This document shows, piece by piece, positions 38,071 to 48,679 of a stretch of DNA of 64,000 nucleotides. The DNA lies in assembly GCA_965222375.1 (NCBI GenBank), contig CBDCTZ010000016.1:640001-704000 (forward strand). The letters run 5' to 3'. Position 1 is the first letter of the stretch. The number at the start of each line of letters is the position of its first letter. Source of the DNA: Polyangiaceae bacterium. Its GTDB lineage: Bacteria; Myxococcota_A; Polyangia; Polyangiales; Polyangiaceae. Under the pieces are notes generated by a model. That model worked only from the letters and a program-made list of their open reading frames with translations. It was not told the origin of the DNA and searched no databases. A program made the translations under genes and the position numbers.

Positions 38071-41052
38071 CTAGCTCGCGATGCTTCGCTTCAAGGCGTT
38101 GCGCAGGGCCGCGTCAACGACTGCTTCTAGTTCGAGCAAGCCCATGGACTTGCGCACCATCGCGCCCATGGACTCGGCGATGGCTGCGACCCCCGCTTCT
38201 TCCGACGAAGTGAAGAAGACGGACTTGGCAACCCTTCCGGTATCCATCAGTTCGTCGGCGAGTTCGAGTCCCGATCCATCCGGCAGCAACACATCGTAGA
38301 TCCCACAAGCGAAAGTGCCTTCGACTTGTGCGACCTCGGCAACGGAGTGGCAGACGGTTGGGGCGGAGCCTTTGCGGCGCAGCCAGCGTTCCAGAGCTCT
38401 TGCCAAGGGGCGATCGTCCTCGACGACCAGAACTCGAGGTCGGGACGTCGAGGAGTCTGCCGACGGAGGTTTGGTCAGGGCGCCTGGGCCCTCACTGAGC
38501 GGAAACGTCGAGTCGCGGAGCCGACCCGCGAGCTCGTGCTCACCGACCAGATCCGCGATGCGCAAGGCCTCGCAACTCAGGATCTCCGTCTCCACGGTTC
38601 GCCCTTCAGTCTGTGCGATCTTCGCTAGCTGCTCGAGCATGTGCGCGCGCGCCGCGGAATCGGGCTCGGTCAGGTTGAGCGTTTCGCTGAGGACATGTGC
38701 GGCTTCTCGGGTGCGACCGACCTCGCGTAAGAGCTCACCTAGCTTACGGCCGAAAACCAGCCAGCCGCTCTTCGCCATCTCGTCCTGGTCCCGGAGCATG
38801 AGGGTGCGGGCGGCTTCGATGCCGTCTTGGAGCACGGCGATGGCAGATCCCGGATCGCCGCGGCTGAGCCGAAGCCGCGCGCTTTCCTCGACGAGCAGAA
38901 ACGCCTCGAAGTCCGGTCGGCCACGCAGCGCATGGTAGGCCTGCAGCTCGACGCCAAGGCTACGTTCTACTGCGTCGGCCGTGGCCTTTTCATGAATGGC
39001 GGCGATGGCGCCGGCGGGCGCGAGGCCGAGGGTAGCGCGACCGATGAAGTCGTGAACGAAGCGCACTTTGCCGTCGGAAACTCGCACCAAGCCGAGTTCG
39101 CTCAGGGGCAGCAGGCTGGTGTTGACGTCGTCGGGCCGTTCCACCATCTCCGTCAGCGTGCTGATTGCGCTCGGGCCACAAACCGCCAGCGCCTGAAGGG
39201 TGCAGAGGGCATCCGGCGGCAGCACTCGAAGTCGTTGTTCCACGGCTTCGTTCAAGTTGATCGGCGCCGACCAGGAGTCGTCTTCGAAGCTGGCGATGAG
39301 CTGCTCGACGTACATGGGCTCGATGTCGTCGTCGTTGCGCTGGAGCAGGCCTTGCTGCTCGCCCAGCTTCTCCGTCGCAAGCTCCTTGGGCCAGCCACGG
39401 AGTTCTTGTCGCACCATTGCCCGGCTGAGCTTGTCTTCCAGGGCGGAACTCGCCGTGACGACCAGGGTGAACCCTGGAATTCGCGCGCTCGCGATGAGAT
39501 CGGCCACCGCGAGAAAGGACGCGCCGTCTAGAAGATCAACGTCATCAATGGCGAGGACGAACTTGCCTTCGTCGGTCGTTTCGACAGCCATCTTCACTGC
39601 CCAACGAAAGGCCGCTGCAACCGCTGCCCGCGTCTTGTTGGGCTTTCCGCGACCGCCGACGTCTTGCCCGAAGATCCCCTGAAGCGCGTTGCGGGTGGCT
39701 GTCGTCCTCACGGTTTCGACGCCGGCTCGGATCTCTTCCTCAGTGGACCATCCAACTAGGCGACGAATCGCGACGCGGAGCCCGCCATAACCTATCTCGT
39801 CGAGAGGTGTGGGCGGCGCCGTGATCAGGAGCGTCGCGTTGCCGGCCTGCTCGAAAGCGCGCACGGCACGCCGGAGCAGCCACGAACGGCCCACGCCCGG
39901 GCGGCCCCAAACCAGGAACGGCTTCTTCGTCGTGAGTAGCTGTTTGGCCCATGGGGTGCGGGCCTTGAGGGCGCGCTCTTCGCTGTCGTCGGGTTCCGCT
40001 TCCTGAGTTTGGCGCTCGTTGCGAGTTGCCCGCGTGATCGCGCGCTCGAGTTCGCGCTCCGTCGGCGCACCCCGCGCTGGGAAACGCGACGCCCGGCGCA
40101 GTGCAAGCTTGCTGGGGTCGGCAATGGCCGAAACCATGGAAAGGGCGTCGGGAAAGCGATTTGCGGGGTCGAAGGCGAGGCCCCGGGTGCAGGTGTGGGC
40201 CACGTTGTCCGGGATGCTGCGATCCGGCGCGGCGGTTCGCGGGTCGAGTTCCTTCTTGTCCATCTGCTGGCGCACGATATCCATCGCTGCAGGGCCCGGA
40301 AACGGCAGCTCTCCCGTGAGCATTTCGTACAGCAGCACGCTGACTGCGAAGAGATCCGCCGCCGGCCCGGGCTCGCCGCCTCGGAGCTTCTCCGGTGGCA
40401 TGTATTGGGGCGTGCCGACGACGGTGCCGACTCGGGTGAGGCGGCGCTTGTCGCGCAGGCGCGCAATTCCGAAGTCGATGATCTTGACGTGGTAGCCGCC
40501 GCGTCTCCGCGGCTCGAGCATGATGTTGCCGGGTTTGATGTCGCGGTGGGCGATGCCGTGCTCATGGGCTTCGGCCAGAGCGCCAAGAGTCTGCTCCACC
40601 ACGTCGACGACGTGCGACACGGGGAGGATCCCATCCGCGGCCAGCACCTGCTCCAGGTCGGGACCGCTCAGGTGCTCCATCACGAGAAACGGGTAGCCAC
40701 CCTCTGCAGTCGAGGCACGACCAAAGTCGTAGATGCTGACGATGTTGGGATGGTTCAAGCGGCTGGCGACGCGGGCTTCCTCCAGGAACCGCATCCCAAC
40801 CTCCTCGTCGGTGACCAGCTCAGGGTGGATGCACTTGATCGCGACCGGGCGGTCGAGGACCCGCTGGACCCCGCGGTACACCCGCCCCATGCCGCCGGAG
40901 TTGATGAGCTCCAAGACCTGATACCGCTCGGCGACGACCTTGCCGATCATCGGATCCCCGTCCGGGGCCGCGGCGATCTGCTCGGCGCCGCACACCGAAC
41001 AGAAGCGTTCGACATCTACCAGATTGCCGCACTGAAGGCATGACGTGGCCAT
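38071..41052 (-). CDS. Ser/Thr protein kinase fused to ATPase-like, TPR-like and receiver domains
   Basis: Zn ribbon; GGMGRVY, VAIK, HRDIKPGN, DFG; GRPGVGRS and LAIDD; VLVVEDD..DVLLPDGSG. Confidence 0.9.
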   Translation of the reverse strand: MATSCLQCGNLVDVERFCSVCGAEQIAAAPDGDPMIGKVVAERYQVLELINSGGMGRVYRGVQRVLDRPVAIKCIHPELVTDEEVGMRFLEEARVASRLNHPNIVSIYDFGRASTAEGGYPFLVMEHLSGPDLEQVLAADGILPVSHVVDVVEQTLGALAEAHEHGIAHRDIKPGNIMLEPRRRGGYHVKIIDFGIARLRDKRRLTRVGTVVGTPQYMPPEKLRGGEPGPAADLFAVSVLLYEMLTGELPFPGPAAMDIVRQQMDKKELDPRTAAPDRSIPDNVAHTCTRGLAFDPANRFPDALSMVSAIADPSKLALRRASRFPARGAPTERELERAITRATRNERQTQEAEPDDSEERALKARTPWAKQLLTTKKPFLVWGRPGVGRSWLLRRAVRAFEQAGNATLLITAPPTPLDEIGYGGLRVAIRRLVGWSTEEEIRAGVETVRTTATRNALQGIFGQDVGGRGKPNKTRAAVAAAFRWAVKMAVETTDEGKFVLAIDDVDLLDGASFLAVADLIASARIPGFTLVVTASSALEDKLSRAMVRQELRGWPKELATEKLGEQQGLLQRNDDDIEPMYVEQLIASFEDDSWSAPINLNEAVEQRLRVLPPDALCTLQALAVCGPSAISTLTEMVERPDDVNTSLLPLSELGLVRVSDGKVRFVHDFIGRATLGLAPAGAIAAIHEKATADAVERSLGVELQAYHALRGRPDFEAFLLVEESARLRLSRGDPGSAIAVLQDGIEAARTLMLRDQDEMAKSGWLVFGRKLGELLREVGRTREAAHVLSETLNLTEPDSAARAHMLEQLAKIAQTEGRTVETEILSCEALRIADLVGEHELAGRLRDSTFPLSEGPGALTKPPSADSSTSRPRVLVVEDDRPLARALERWLRRKGSAPTVCHSVAEVAQVEGTFACGIYDVLLPDGSGLELADELMDTGRVAKSVFFTSSEEAGVAAIAESMGAMVRKSMGLLELEAVVDAALRNALKRSIAS

Positions 41053-41501
41053 GGTCGAACAATGATGGTGCGGCCGGTGGCTAGCTGCCGTCAACCTGGG
41101 GGAAGCGAGTTGCCGGGCCGATTTCACAAAACTGCGGCTGGTCGCCACTCACTTCTTCCAGCACCTAGCGATCGCGAGGTGGCGGCGTGGACCTGCGTGG
41201 ACCTTCGCGCAGTGCCCGTCGCTACCTGGCCGGCCATCGATCGCCGCCTGTGGGCTGGCTGCGCCTCATGCCCATCGCGATCAAGGCCAACAGCGAGAAT
41301 TTCCGCACGACCCACTTCGATTTGAGAATTGTTTCGCGCCTGGCGTCCAGAAAGGCGGGAGGGCTGAGTTCAGCGATCACGAGCGCCTAGGGACCCGAGT
41401 AGAGTGGGGGTGGCGTTTCGGCTCACGGGCGGCGCAATCGGCCGTTCGGGGAATGGGCGAAAAACGACGCAACTCCGCCCCGCCGGTGCCGATATGGGCC
41501 C

Positions 41502-42794
41502 ATGTCCATCACTGCAGCGTCCAGTGCACGTCGGTCAGATGTACGCGCGGCCGAGGCCGAGCCCCTGGAACACGCTCCCAGTCCGAAGCGTCGTCAGCCT
41601 GCGAAGGCAGGCTTGTCGCCGCCGTCCTCGACAGGCCTGGTGGCTGGCGCTGAACGTGCTGGAGCTCGAGCTCGGGTTGGCGCGGCTCGTTCCGCCCTCG
41701 GCGGCGTGGCTGCGGCCATGCCTGGTCACGGCGTGGACGTCGACGCCCTGGCGAGACAGTTTGGCGCGAAGCGCTATGGGACTGCAAGTCCAGGTCGAGT
41801 GCAGAGTTTGGCCCGCTTTCGGTTCATGCAGCAGGCGCTACGCAACAATCCTGCGCTTGCAGACAAGGCCGTCAAGTTGCGCACTCAGCACCTGCCTGGG
41901 TCGGACCGCGAAATAGTCGTGCGAGCGCTTTCGGCATCAGGGGGCACTGGGCTGAAGAGGTTGGCGCTTGCCGAGCGCGTGCTCGGCAAGCTGCAGGGTC
42001 TGTCGCGTGATGAGCGGGGTGATGTCCTCGGCATGATGAGAGCGGGTGAGCCCTTCGCGAGCGCGATCAAGATCGAGAAAAAGGAGTTGGCCAAGATCGT
42101 ACAGGCGCTGAAAACCAGATCGGCAACGCCGCCGTTGCGCAGCCGGATCGAAGTGTCAGTGGCGAAGATCAAGGCTGCTGATGTCGCCATGGATCGAGTG
42201 CGGGACAAGGTGAATCAGGCCTTTCGCTCGGTGCCTGCCGTCACGCGGGGTGCGGAGTTCGCGGTGGGCGTTGGAGCAACGGCTGGCACCGTGGGCTCCA
42301 TGGCGTGGGCTGGTGCCAAGTCGTTCATTACCGAATCGGCTCAGCCGCTCGAGGAGGCGGTTCGCGAGGCCGACAAAGCCGCTGGATACATGACTGGCGA
42401 CGTCAGTGCTCAACTCGACCGCACGCGCGAGAAATACATCGGGTTCTTGCGGCAACACGCCGAGTACAAGAATGCTAATCGAAACATGCGCCATGCGGTC
42501 GAGTCTGGCGATCATCGCGGAGTGACCGAGGCGGCAGGCAAGATGGCGCGCCTCACCAAGAACATCAGGGCGGCGGTCACGGACCTGCAGCGGCTCCTCC
42601 AGCAGGCGGGCGCGATGAACCGCCATTTCGATCACACGGCCCTGCACGCCGCCAGCGCCATCCTGGTGTCGGGCGTCGCCGCAGGGTTCCCAGGCGGCCA
42701 ACACGGTGTTGCTCAAACTGTGGCCCACCTCGCGGCGGAATCCGCTGTGGTCGAGGGCGGGATAGCGGTCAAGGCGAAGCTGAGTGGTCACTGA
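41502..42794 (+). CDS. Hypothetical helical/coiled-coil protein
   Basis: 430-aa ORF, no recognised motif. Confidence 0.65.
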   Translation: MSITAASSARRSDVRAAEAEPLEHAPSPKRRQPAKAGLSPPSSTGLVAGAERAGARARVGAARSALGGVAAAMPGHGVDVDALARQFGAKRYGTASPGRVQSLARFRFMQQALRNNPALADKAVKLRTQHLPGSDREIVVRALSASGGTGLKRLALAERVLGKLQGLSRDERGDVLGMMRAGEPFASAIKIEKKELAKIVQALKTRSATPPLRSRIEVSVAKIKAADVAMDRVRDKVNQAFRSVPAVTRGAEFAVGVGATAGTVGSMAWAGAKSFITESAQPLEEAVREADKAAGYMTGDVSAQLDRTREKYIGFLRQHAEYKNANRNMRHAVESGDHRGVTEAAGKMARLTKNIRAAVTDLQRLLQQAGAMNRHFDHTALHAASAILVSGVAAGFPGGQHGVAQTVAHLAAESAVVEGGIAVKAKLSGH

Positions 42795-43068
42795 GTTCGG
42801 CGTGGCTGGCACTCGCGCGCCCGGGTCGGACGCTTGCGAGATTGGGCGACGAGGCGGTTGGGTGCTCGGCGCTGTGGCGCTTGCGAGGTTGGGCGGGGGC
42901 GGTTGGGAGCGAGGCGTGACACCGCCGGGGTGCAAATAGCCAGTTCGCTCGCGCTTGCGTCGTGGGCGCGAACAGTGTGTCGGTGCCGCGAGTTCCTGCG
43001 CTTGTGCCGGTGCAGAACAAGCCGCGACTTGTTGCACCTGTGCCGGCGCGGAATGAGACACAAGCCCG

Positions 43069-43154
43069 GCGACTTTTCGCGCTTGGCTCGGCGTGTGGGC
43101 GAGGCGCTAGCGCCGCGACTTTTCGCGCTTGGCCCGGCGTGTGGGCGAGGCGCT
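43069..43154. repeat. Tandem repeat, 46-bp period, within a degenerate repeat tract (about 42830-43160)
   Basis: GCGACTTTTCGCGCTTGGCYCGGCGTGTGGGCGAGGCGCT at 43069 and 43115. Confidence 0.8.
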
Positions 43155-43585
43155 GCGGGCCGCCATTGCTTCAACCTCGTCGATCAGGGCCCAGTGGCCG
43201 AGTGCCCGCCTGGCGATGCGCCGCGCAGAGTCGAGATTACCCTCGACGCTTCCGACTACGTCTACCTTGCCGTCGTCGCTTTCTCGACGAACACGTAGGC
43301 GAAACCTGCCCGCCTGCGTCCGTTCCAAATCAACCAGAGTGCGCATCGAACGCTGGTCGGTCTGCGGCAGGTCTGGTTGCGTGAAATTGCTCCGACGCCG
43401 TGTTGCCCGCGAGCTTGCGCGCTCAGCTCCCGCAAGAAGCCGCGCATTGGGCGGTGATGCTCATGGGCGCCGCGGGTCTCGAGGCCGCGGGCCCCGGGAG
43501 AATCAAGATCTGCAACCCGAGCTGTGTCGGGAGCCGCGGCTCGAGGAAACCGTCTCAGTCGGGGGTCTACCCTGCCCCCGAGGCG

Positions 43586-44593
43586 TTACGTGCAGATCCC
43601 CAATTCGCCGGCGTTGGCGTTACAGGTTTGAGGGCTGGTGCAGTCAGCGCTCACGCCGCCACGGCAGGCCTTGGCGCAAGTCTGGCTAGCGCCGGGACAC
43701 AAGCCTCGCCAAGCCTTCCCGTCGGACCCGCAGGGTTCACCCGAGACTGCCCCGCTTCCGCACGGGGCACCAATTGCAGCAGGGTCCCCGGGCGCTGCGA
43801 AGCAAACACCGTTGACGTTGCAGTGCTGGCCCGTGTTGCAACCTGGACTCGTCGACCAGAAATCGCACTGCTTGCGGCACACGGATGCGCCCTGGTCCGT
43901 TGCGCAAAGCAAACCCAACGCGCACCCGGTGTTGATGGACTTGACGGTGCACGTTTGCCCCTCGAGGGCGGTGCCTGCCGCCCAGCAGAAACCATTGGTG
44001 CCGTCCGGGCTCACGGTGCATGTGGCGCCGCCCGCGCACGGAGCGCCTTTATAGATGCATTCCGGATAGCACGCGCCAACGGGAGAACCGTCGGACTGGG
44101 TCACGCAAGTGGTTCCCGTTGGACATGTTTGGGTGTTGGAGCACTGGCCAGCCGTGCACTTGGCAGTTGCCGGGTCGCAGACCATTGTTGACGTGTTGCC
44201 GCAGTCGCTCGCGTTGCTGCAGGATGGTCCTCCGCCGCCCGTGCCACCGGTTGCGCCAAGGCCACCCGTCGCGCCAAGGCCGCCCGTCGCACCGGTGGCG
44301 CCAAAGCCGCCCGTCGCGCCAAAGCCGCCCGTCGCACCGGTGGCGCCAAAGCCGCCCGTCGCACCGGTGGCGCCAAAGCCGCCCGTCGCGCCTGTCGCTC
44401 CCGTCGCGCCAAAGCCGCCCGCCGCGGCGCCTCCGTCAAAGCCACCGCCCGTCGCGCCTTGACCGCCGAAGTTGCCGAAGGCTCCCGAGCCACCTCCGCC
44501 ATCGACCACACCACCGCCCGCGCCCGAGGATGAGCAGGCCGCGGCGCCGATCAGACCCAAAACCGAGAGACCCAGGAAGAGTTTCCACTCCAT
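43586..44593 (-). CDS. Cys-rich lipoprotein with GGFGATGAT repeat linker
   Basis: Lipobox AAAC, tandem Gly/Ala/Thr repeats, Cys modules. Confidence 0.82.
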   Translation of the reverse strand: MEWKLFLGLSVLGLIGAAACSSSGAGGGVVDGGGGSGAFGNFGGQGATGGGFDGGAAAGGFGATGATGATGGFGATGATGGFGATGATGGFGATGGFGATGATGGLGATGGLGATGGTGGGGPSCSNASDCGNTSTMVCDPATAKCTAGQCSNTQTCPTGTTCVTQSDGSPVGACYPECIYKGAPCAGGATCTVSPDGTNGFCWAAGTALEGQTCTVKSINTGCALGLLCATDQGASVCRKQCDFWSTSPGCNTGQHCNVNGVCFAAPGDPAAIGAPCGSGAVSGEPCGSDGKAWRGLCPGASQTCAKACRGGVSADCTSPQTCNANAGELGICT

Positions 44594-44756
44594 GATCAAT
44601 GTTTTACCCTACCTGCGCCGGAACCTCCCCAAAGAGTGGAAGTTGTAATCGGAGTGTTCCGGCCAGACTGGAAAAGCGATGGCCATCGCCCATTGGTGGT
44701 CTTGGGCCACTGCCTGCGAGTGCACTCGAAAAACTACCGCGCACGCGACGGACGGA

Positions 44757-45533
44757 TTACTCGAAGAGCGGCTGGGACCCTTCTTTTGGCTTGGCTGCGG
44801 GCTTCGTGCCGGGCTCACCTTCGCCAGTGAAGATCGGTTTGGCTTCCGGCTTCTCTGCGGCGACGGGTTCGGATTTGGGCTTCTCGGGTGCAGGTTTGGA
44901 AGCCGGGACAGCTCTTGAGGTGGTCGGAGTTTGCGCTGATGGCTTGGCTGGCGCTGCCGCGGTTGGCTCGCTGGGCGTCGTGGTGGCCGGTGCGCTCGGC
45001 TCCGTGTTGGTTTGCGCTGCGGGTGCTGCGGCCAGGTCCACCGTGCCCATCGTGGGTTCCGCTGGCGGCTGGCTCGAGGAACTCATCAGCACAATCACCA
45101 GCATCAAGAGCACTCCCGCGATGAGCGCCACCGCGATACCGCCGGTGCGCTTCGCGCTTGATGCGTCGCTCGAGGTCTGGGCCGAGGGCGTGACCGAATT
45201 GGAGGCAGCCAGCGCCGCCCTGTGTTCGGCAGCCGCCTTGGCTGCGGCCTCCTTGTTGAGGGTGCGCAGGTTCTTGACGGTGAGCGCCTTGCCGGGATCT
45301 GCTCGAGGCTTGACCTTCACCGTCTCGATTTCCAGGGTACGGTGGGCGCTCGTCTTCGGCAGCGTGCGTGGTCCAACGTAGTTCTGCGCGTGGTTCGGCG
45401 TGGGCCCCACCTTGGGCACCTCACCAATGGCGGCATCCGGCTCGTCGAAGCTGGGGGTACCCACATGCGGCGTCGCCACACCGTTCTGCTTGTTGTCTTT
45501 GCTCATGCCGACGAGTTCCGGGATCTTGCTCAT
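44757..45533 (-). CDS. Hypothetical single-TM protein with Pro-rich tail
   Basis: TM helix IAVALIAGVLLMLVIVLM; start uncertain. Confidence 0.65.
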   Translation of the reverse strand: MSKIPELVGMSKDNKQNGVATPHVGTPSFDEPDAAIGEVPKVGPTPNHAQNYVGPRTLPKTSAHRTLEIETVKVKPRADPGKALTVKNLRTLNKEAAAKAAAEHRAALAASNSVTPSAQTSSDASSAKRTGGIAVALIAGVLLMLVIVLMSSSSQPPAEPTMGTVDLAAAPAAQTNTEPSAPATTTPSEPTAAAPAKPSAQTPTTSRAVPASKPAPEKPKSEPVAAEKPEAKPIFTGEGEPGTKPAAKPKEGSQPLFE

Positions 45534-45953
45534 CTTCCACCCCCTGGGCAAAGTTGCTGCCCAGGGCCACGCGCCCGGGCACAAAGCGTACACCTCATCG
45601 GGCGGATCCGGGGCGAGTTGCGCGCGCCGGCAAGTCAGCGAAATGGCGAGGGAAACCTCCGGCAGCCGACGCGGCCCCGCACACTGTGCCCCGCCAACAA
45701 AGATGCGTGGGCAGTGCTTGGTCCTCAGCGTCGGGAGGTGGGCTGGTCGCGCGGGACCAACCCGTTGACCAACCCGAGTGGGGACGGTGCTCAAGCTGGT
45801 CCTTGGGGCGACAAAACGTGGGTGGGACAGTTGAAAAAACAGGGCGCTAAAATTCTCAAATAAATCAAATACATTCGGCGGGTTGAGCAAATTTGCACGC
45901 CTGGGATGGTGGTAGGGTCGATGGGTACGAGTCTTGGTTCTTGTGGAGTGCGA

Positions 45954-47561
45954 ATGATGTCGTTGTTGCGGTGGACGAGTGTTGCCGGGGCTTGCCTACT
46001 TGCTGCAGCCGCTTGTTCTGACACGGAGTTTCAGCCGAGCAAGCCGATCACGGACGCGGGGGCCGATGGGACGGCGGGCAGCGGTAGTGGCGATGCGGCC
46101 ATCGCTTGCAAGAAAGACGTGGACTGCGACGACAACGATCCGTGTACCGGCACCGAAACGTGTGACGTGATCGCGGGAACCTGTCGGGCCGGGGCGAGTC
46201 CATGTCCAGCGGCTGCGGATCCCGAGCATTGCGAAATCCTCTGCACCAACAACGCGGGTAAGGCCGAGTGCGGGAATCAGACGGCGAAAGACAGCGACGG
46301 CGACGGGCACCGGGATTCCCAGTGTGCCGCGTCACCAGGGGACGACTGCGACGACACGAACAAGAATGTGTTCCCTGGTGCTACCGAGGTGTGCGATGGC
46401 CTAGACGGTGATTGCGACGGCGCCTCCGACCTCGAGGAGGGGCTGCCACTCGCCGGAACGCCCTTCAATGTTGCAGCACCTGCGGGAGCGGACGCTGTCC
46501 GTCCGCAGGCGGCCTGGGCGCCGGGTACCAAAAGCCTTGGAGTTGTCTGGACGGACTTTCGAGGCAACGCGTTTCAGGTCTTCTTCTCCCTCTTCAATGA
46601 GACAGCCGCGCCGGTCGCCTCTGATGTGGTTGTATCCAATACGCAAATCGAGGCTCAGAACGGAGTCATTGCGTCTGACGGCAAGACCTTCGGGGTTGCC
46701 TTCGTGGGGGAGATTACCGGCGCGCGCCACGTCTTCTTCCGTCCGTTCGATCTGAATGGTGTGCCCAAGTCTAACCCGGTCCAGCTCTCGACCACTCCAG
46801 TGGAATCGGATGCTGGCCCTGGGATCGTGGTTGATTCGCCGGGGTACCTAGTAACCTGGCGTGTCCAACAAACCGCAGATCGAGTGTTCGCCCGTCAAGT
46901 CGACGCTGCGGGACTCGCGGTCGCGAGCGAAGCGGTAATCGGTTCGGCTACCGCTCAGCGTTTGTGGAGCCATAGCGTCATGAGGAATGGCATCCTGGGG
47001 TACCTGGGACTGGTCGCCTGGAGCGCGACGGGCGCACAATCGGCAACGGACCTGCGAGTGTTCACCACAGCTGACGATTTCTTTGAAAAATACAAAGGCG
47101 CTCCCGGGACGACCAGCGGCAGCTTCCGCGATCCTGTGCTTGCCCGCGTCGGCGCTCGCTTCTCTGCCGCGTGGGCTATCCCCGCCGGTTCGTTTGGGTT
47201 CACCCAATTGCTAGACACTGGGAACGTCGACTGTGGGCCCAACGTCTCAAAGGAGATCACGGCGCCCGTGGAACTTGGTGGATTGGACGGGCTTGGCGAC
47301 ATGGCCCTAGCGGCGGTGCACATGACGACGGGCGGCGCACAGGCCGAAGTTCACCTCGCCCGCTTCGACGCCAAGTGCCAGGAACTCGCAACAATCGACA
47401 TCGCCGGCGCGAAACTCACACCGGCGGACAGCGGCCCTACTTTTGGCTCGCGCACGGACGTGGCGGTTGGGGACAACAAGATTGCGGTGGTTTGGGACGA
47501 GAAATCGGGCACAAATGCGGTGGTAAAGGCTCGTATCTTTGGTAGGAACTTTTGCGACTAA
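45954..47561 (+). CDS. Lipoprotein with putative metal-binding repeat (MopE-like) and propeller-like domain
   Basis: DSDGDGH..DDCDDTNKNVFPGATEVCDGLDGDCDG. Confidence 0.8.
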   Translation: MMSLLRWTSVAGACLLAAAACSDTEFQPSKPITDAGADGTAGSGSGDAAIACKKDVDCDDNDPCTGTETCDVIAGTCRAGASPCPAAADPEHCEILCTNNAGKAECGNQTAKDSDGDGHRDSQCAASPGDDCDDTNKNVFPGATEVCDGLDGDCDGASDLEEGLPLAGTPFNVAAPAGADAVRPQAAWAPGTKSLGVVWTDFRGNAFQVFFSLFNETAAPVASDVVVSNTQIEAQNGVIASDGKTFGVAFVGEITGARHVFFRPFDLNGVPKSNPVQLSTTPVESDAGPGIVVDSPGYLVTWRVQQTADRVFARQVDAAGLAVASEAVIGSATAQRLWSHSVMRNGILGYLGLVAWSATGAQSATDLRVFTTADDFFEKYKGAPGTTSGSFRDPVLARVGARFSAAWAIPAGSFGFTQLLDTGNVDCGPNVSKEITAPVELGGLDGLGDMALAAVHMTTGGAQAEVHLARFDAKCQELATIDIAGAKLTPADSGPTFGSRTDVAVGDNKIAVVWDEKSGTNAVVKARIFGRNFCD

Positions 47562-48643
47562 CGCTCCCAAGCCGGTTTCGCGTCGTTCTGCTGCTCGGTG
47601 CGCTGTGTAGTGCTCCGGGCCTCGTGGCGTTGCCAGCGAAGGCGGAGCCGAGTGCGGCGGAGGTTGCGGTTGCGCGAAGGTTGTTCAAAGAAGCGACGCG
47701 GCTCGAGGAAGAGAAGCTCTGGGACCAGGCTGAAGCGAAGCTGATGCAAGCGATCGCGATCAAGGAGACGCCGGGGTTGCGCTACCACTTGGCGTTCTGT
47801 CTCGAGCAGCAGGGCAAGCTCGTGGACGCGATGGTCGACTATGACCGTGCGGACGAACTGATTCGGGGCGGGGTCAAAGCTCAGGATGTTGCGAAGCTGG
47901 TGGTTTTGGCTCGGGAGTCTTTGAAGGAGCGCATCCCGACGCTAACCGTGATTGTGCCCGAGGGCGTGCAAGACGTCGAAATCCAAGTGGACGGTCGCAA
48001 GATCTCGAACGCAGTAGCGGGGCAGCCGTTGCCGCAGAACCCGGGCAACCACAGCGTGGAGGTGACAGCGCCCGGCCGGAAGGCCTTCACGCAGGAGGTA
48101 CGCCTGGGCGAAAAAGAGAAGCGGGAGCTGAATGTCGTGCTGCCGAAGGACACCGCGAGTGCCGCTCCGTCCCCGGCGGCGGATAGCCACGCGCCCGAGA
48201 GTGATTCCGGGACACTCAGCACGGACTCTTCGGGCTGGTCCCCGCGCACCTGGGTGCTCGTGGGTGAGGCTGCGGTGGTTGCCGCGGGCCTTGGCCTTGG
48301 CATCTTTGCAACCCTGGACAAAGCCAAGGCGCGGGATGAGGTCGATGCTGCGGAAGCCGAGCGTGACAGTCGTGGCACTCGCTCCGGGGATGGGGCGTGC
48401 GACAACCCGGAGCCCGAAGACGAAAGCGCTTGCGAGCAGCTGCCCGGGCTGCGGGATCAAGTGGACGATGCGGGGACGCTGCAAACCGTGGGAATTGCGA
48501 CGGCCGGGGTCGGTCTGGTCGCAGGTCTGGTGACGATCTTGGTGTGGAAGCCGAAGAGCGCGAGCGAGGCGCAGCGACTACCCCGCTTGTACGCCGCGCC
48601 CACGCGAGGCGGGGGCTTCGTGGGATTGGGCGGCTCCTTCTAG
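47552..48643 (+). CDS. TPR/PEGA domain protein
   Basis: Signal peptide, TPR helices, PGNHSVEVTAPG, C-terminal hydrophobic hairpin ending GGSF. Confidence 0.8.
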   Translation: MRLTLPSRFRVVLLLGALCSAPGLVALPAKAEPSAAEVAVARRLFKEATRLEEEKLWDQAEAKLMQAIAIKETPGLRYHLAFCLEQQGKLVDAMVDYDRADELIRGGVKAQDVAKLVVLARESLKERIPTLTVIVPEGVQDVEIQVDGRKISNAVAGQPLPQNPGNHSVEVTAPGRKAFTQEVRLGEKEKRELNVVLPKDTASAAPSPAADSHAPESDSGTLSTDSSGWSPRTWVLVGEAAVVAAGLGLGIFATLDKAKARDEVDAAEAERDSRGTRSGDGACDNPEPEDESACEQLPGLRDQVDDAGTLQTVGIATAGVGLVAGLVTILVWKPKSASEAQRLPRLYAAPTRGGGFVGLGGSF

Positions 48644-48679
48644 GTTAGGGTGCATCGGCCCGCGGCGATGGATGCCGCT

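Noticed and set aside
43069..43154. Possible CRISPR array
   Set aside because: The 40-bp units are separated by only 6 bp, so this is a tandem repeat without spacers.
44240..44460. Strong short-period DNA repeats
   Set aside because: They encode the GGFGATGAT linker of the lipoprotein.
45830..45905. AT-rich tract with a sigma54-like motif on the minus strand
   Set aside because: GG to GC spacing is 11, not 10; treated as an ordinary divergent promoter region.
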